Assembly: GCA_918797485.1 (NCBI GenBank)
Contig: CAKKNE010000006.1
Location: 1 to 64,000 of the forward strand
DNA from: Pelagomonas calceolata
Lineage: Eukaryota
DNA length: 64,000 nt
Direction of reading: 5' to 3'
Positions 62,524-64,000 of this stretch are shown here, piece by piece (the stretch's first letter is position 1; each line of letters opens with the position of its first letter). The position numbers and the translations under genes were made by a program. Under the pieces are notes generated by a model, which worked only from the letters and a program-made list of their open reading frames with translations, made no database searches and was not told the origin of the DNA.

Positions 62524-63571
62524 TTACTCCGTGTAGTCGAGCCGTATCCGCCGCCCGCACAGCTCGGCCCCGTCGAGCTGCTCGAGCGCCGCGTCCGTCT
62601 CCTCGCAACTATGGAAGGAGAGGTAGCCGCAGCCCTTGAACTCTCCCGAGTGCTTGTGCGTCACCCAGCGCACGCCGCGGATCGGCGCGACGGGCTCGAA
62701 GAGTTTGCGGACGTCCGAATCTGTAGCTTCGTACGCCACGTTGCCGATAAATAATTTGAGCGTCCCATCGGCAGGCCGCGGCGTCTTCTCCCGTACCACG
62801 GTCTCCTTCTGGCGCGTCTGCGAGTCGTTGCCGCGCGGCGGCCAGACCTGTGCGCAATTCGATTAGTGAGTCTGGCACTGAATCGAGCGGTGAGAGACCA
62901 CACCGCCACGCCATGAGCTGACATCGCGTCGATGGCGTGGAGGTCATGATTGAGACGGCATGGCGACAATGGCATCGCGTCGATGGCGTGGAGGTCATGA
63001 TTGAGATGCGCCGCGACAATTTGATTTGTGCACTGGGCCAGACGTCGCCGGGCCGCGGCGGCGCGAACGCGATCTTCACCGGCCGGCCGCCGACGTCCTG
63101 TCCCGACCGCTTCACGGCGGCGCCCGCGGCGGCGGCGTCGCTCGCCTCGACGAAGACCGAGCCATAAAACTTGCCGCTCTCCTTGTCCGTAATTCGCTTG
63201 ATGGCCTTCAGCTCGCAGCCGCAGGCCTCGGCCAGCTGGTCGTCCGTGATTGACCACGGCAAATTTCCCATGAAGAGCCGCGTGGCTCCCGTCGGATTGT
63301 CTGCAGTCTTCGTCTTCGGCGCCGGCGCGGCTGGTGCCGACGGCGCTGCTGTCGGCGCTGCCGCGGGCGCCGCGGCGTCGTCGGCGTCCTTCCGGCGCTT
63401 CTTCTTCTTCTCCTTCTTCTTGTCGTTCTCGCCCTTGCGCTTCTTGTCCTTTTTTACGACCTCCTTGACGGCGCCGTCGCCGTCGACGATGCAGAACGCG
63501 ACGCTCGACTGATTACTCTTCTTCTTGGACTTCTTCTTTTTGCGCTCCTTTTTAGCGGCGTCGGCGTCCAT
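62524..63571 (-). CDS. Two-RRM, Lys-rich nucleolar-type RNA-binding protein, 2 exons (63571-63044 and 62847-62524)
   Basis: RLFMGNLPW / KFYGSVFVE and KLFIGNVAY / KGCGYLSF RNP motifs; intron removal restores PGD|VWPPRG. Confidence 0.9.
62848..63035 (+). mobile_element. Introner-like element, 188 bp, in the RRM gene; intron 63043-62848
   Basis: Perfect TSD GGCCAGAC at 62840-62847 and 63036-63043; degenerate TIRs CTGTGCGCAATTCGA and TTGATTTGTGCACTG; internal duplicated CATCGCGTCGATGGCGTGGAGGTCATGATTGAGA. Confidence 0.9.
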
Positions 63572-64000
63572 CGCTGCGGCTCGCGGTTGCTGTTGAGTGC
63601 TGTGCTGCACTGCAGTGCTAAGAGCTTGCTGCAGGCTTGCGCTTTTCGGCGATGCAGCGGTGAAAGCTGTCGCACTTCTAAGGATACGCAAGAATAACAA
63701 GGGTCGCTGCCAGGAAGGGCTCTGCACAGGCGCTCTCGCCCACCAAGCCCAGCCTCCGTAATTCCTAGTGCTCGTGTACGCTAGGTAACTCATCGGCATC
63801 GAGAGTTTCCTGCCACCGTCGTGGACGAACGGGCGGTCCAGTTGATCTGGAAAGACGACTCACGACCCCTCGCAGCGACACTTGTCTCTGAGGCGGAATA
63901 GCGGTCGCGAAACCGCGAGGTTTCACAGATATAAGTTAAGCAGAGGCAGACGCTAGGCGTCGACGGCGCGGCGCCATCGTCTGAAAGAAACACAAAAAGA

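Overview
Left end of a chromosome from a GC-rich, gene-dense, intron-poor eukaryote. Inference: a stramenopile alga, probably a pelagophyte (Pelagomonas/Aureococcus-like), from TTAGGG telomeres, signal-peptide-type plastid presequences and introner-like introns. The window opens with a (CCCTAA)n telomere and a 64-74 bp subtelomeric satellite, followed by about 35 mostly single-exon genes. These include a GH99 endomannosidase, three adjacent RNA-modification genes (RluA-like/RlmI-like fusion, TGS1-like, PUS7), SAM-TerD-TerD, a zinc ADH, YebC, an A-T-R NRPS-like reductase, three mitochondrial carriers, a Nudix hydrolase, a CCDC25-RWD fusion, a degenerate SET protein, LSM4, RPSA, a HEAT-PH protein, a GARS-GART-AIRS fusion, COX6A, a CDK and an RRM protein. 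The strongest signal read directly from the sequence is one family of short TIR/8-bp-TSD elements, four clear copies and one degenerate. Each clear copy creates an intron whose predicted splicing restores the host ORF, using a GT from the target-site duplication and an AG from the TIR. They occur in both orientations and at different stages of decay. Other signals: a CTAG-bounded 3'-flanking repeat, a subtelomeric inverted gene-end duplication, an orphan-ORF block at 38.7-47.9 kb with shared upstream motifs, and TGCA-rich upstream regions. Product calls come from motif recognition only; no searches were run.
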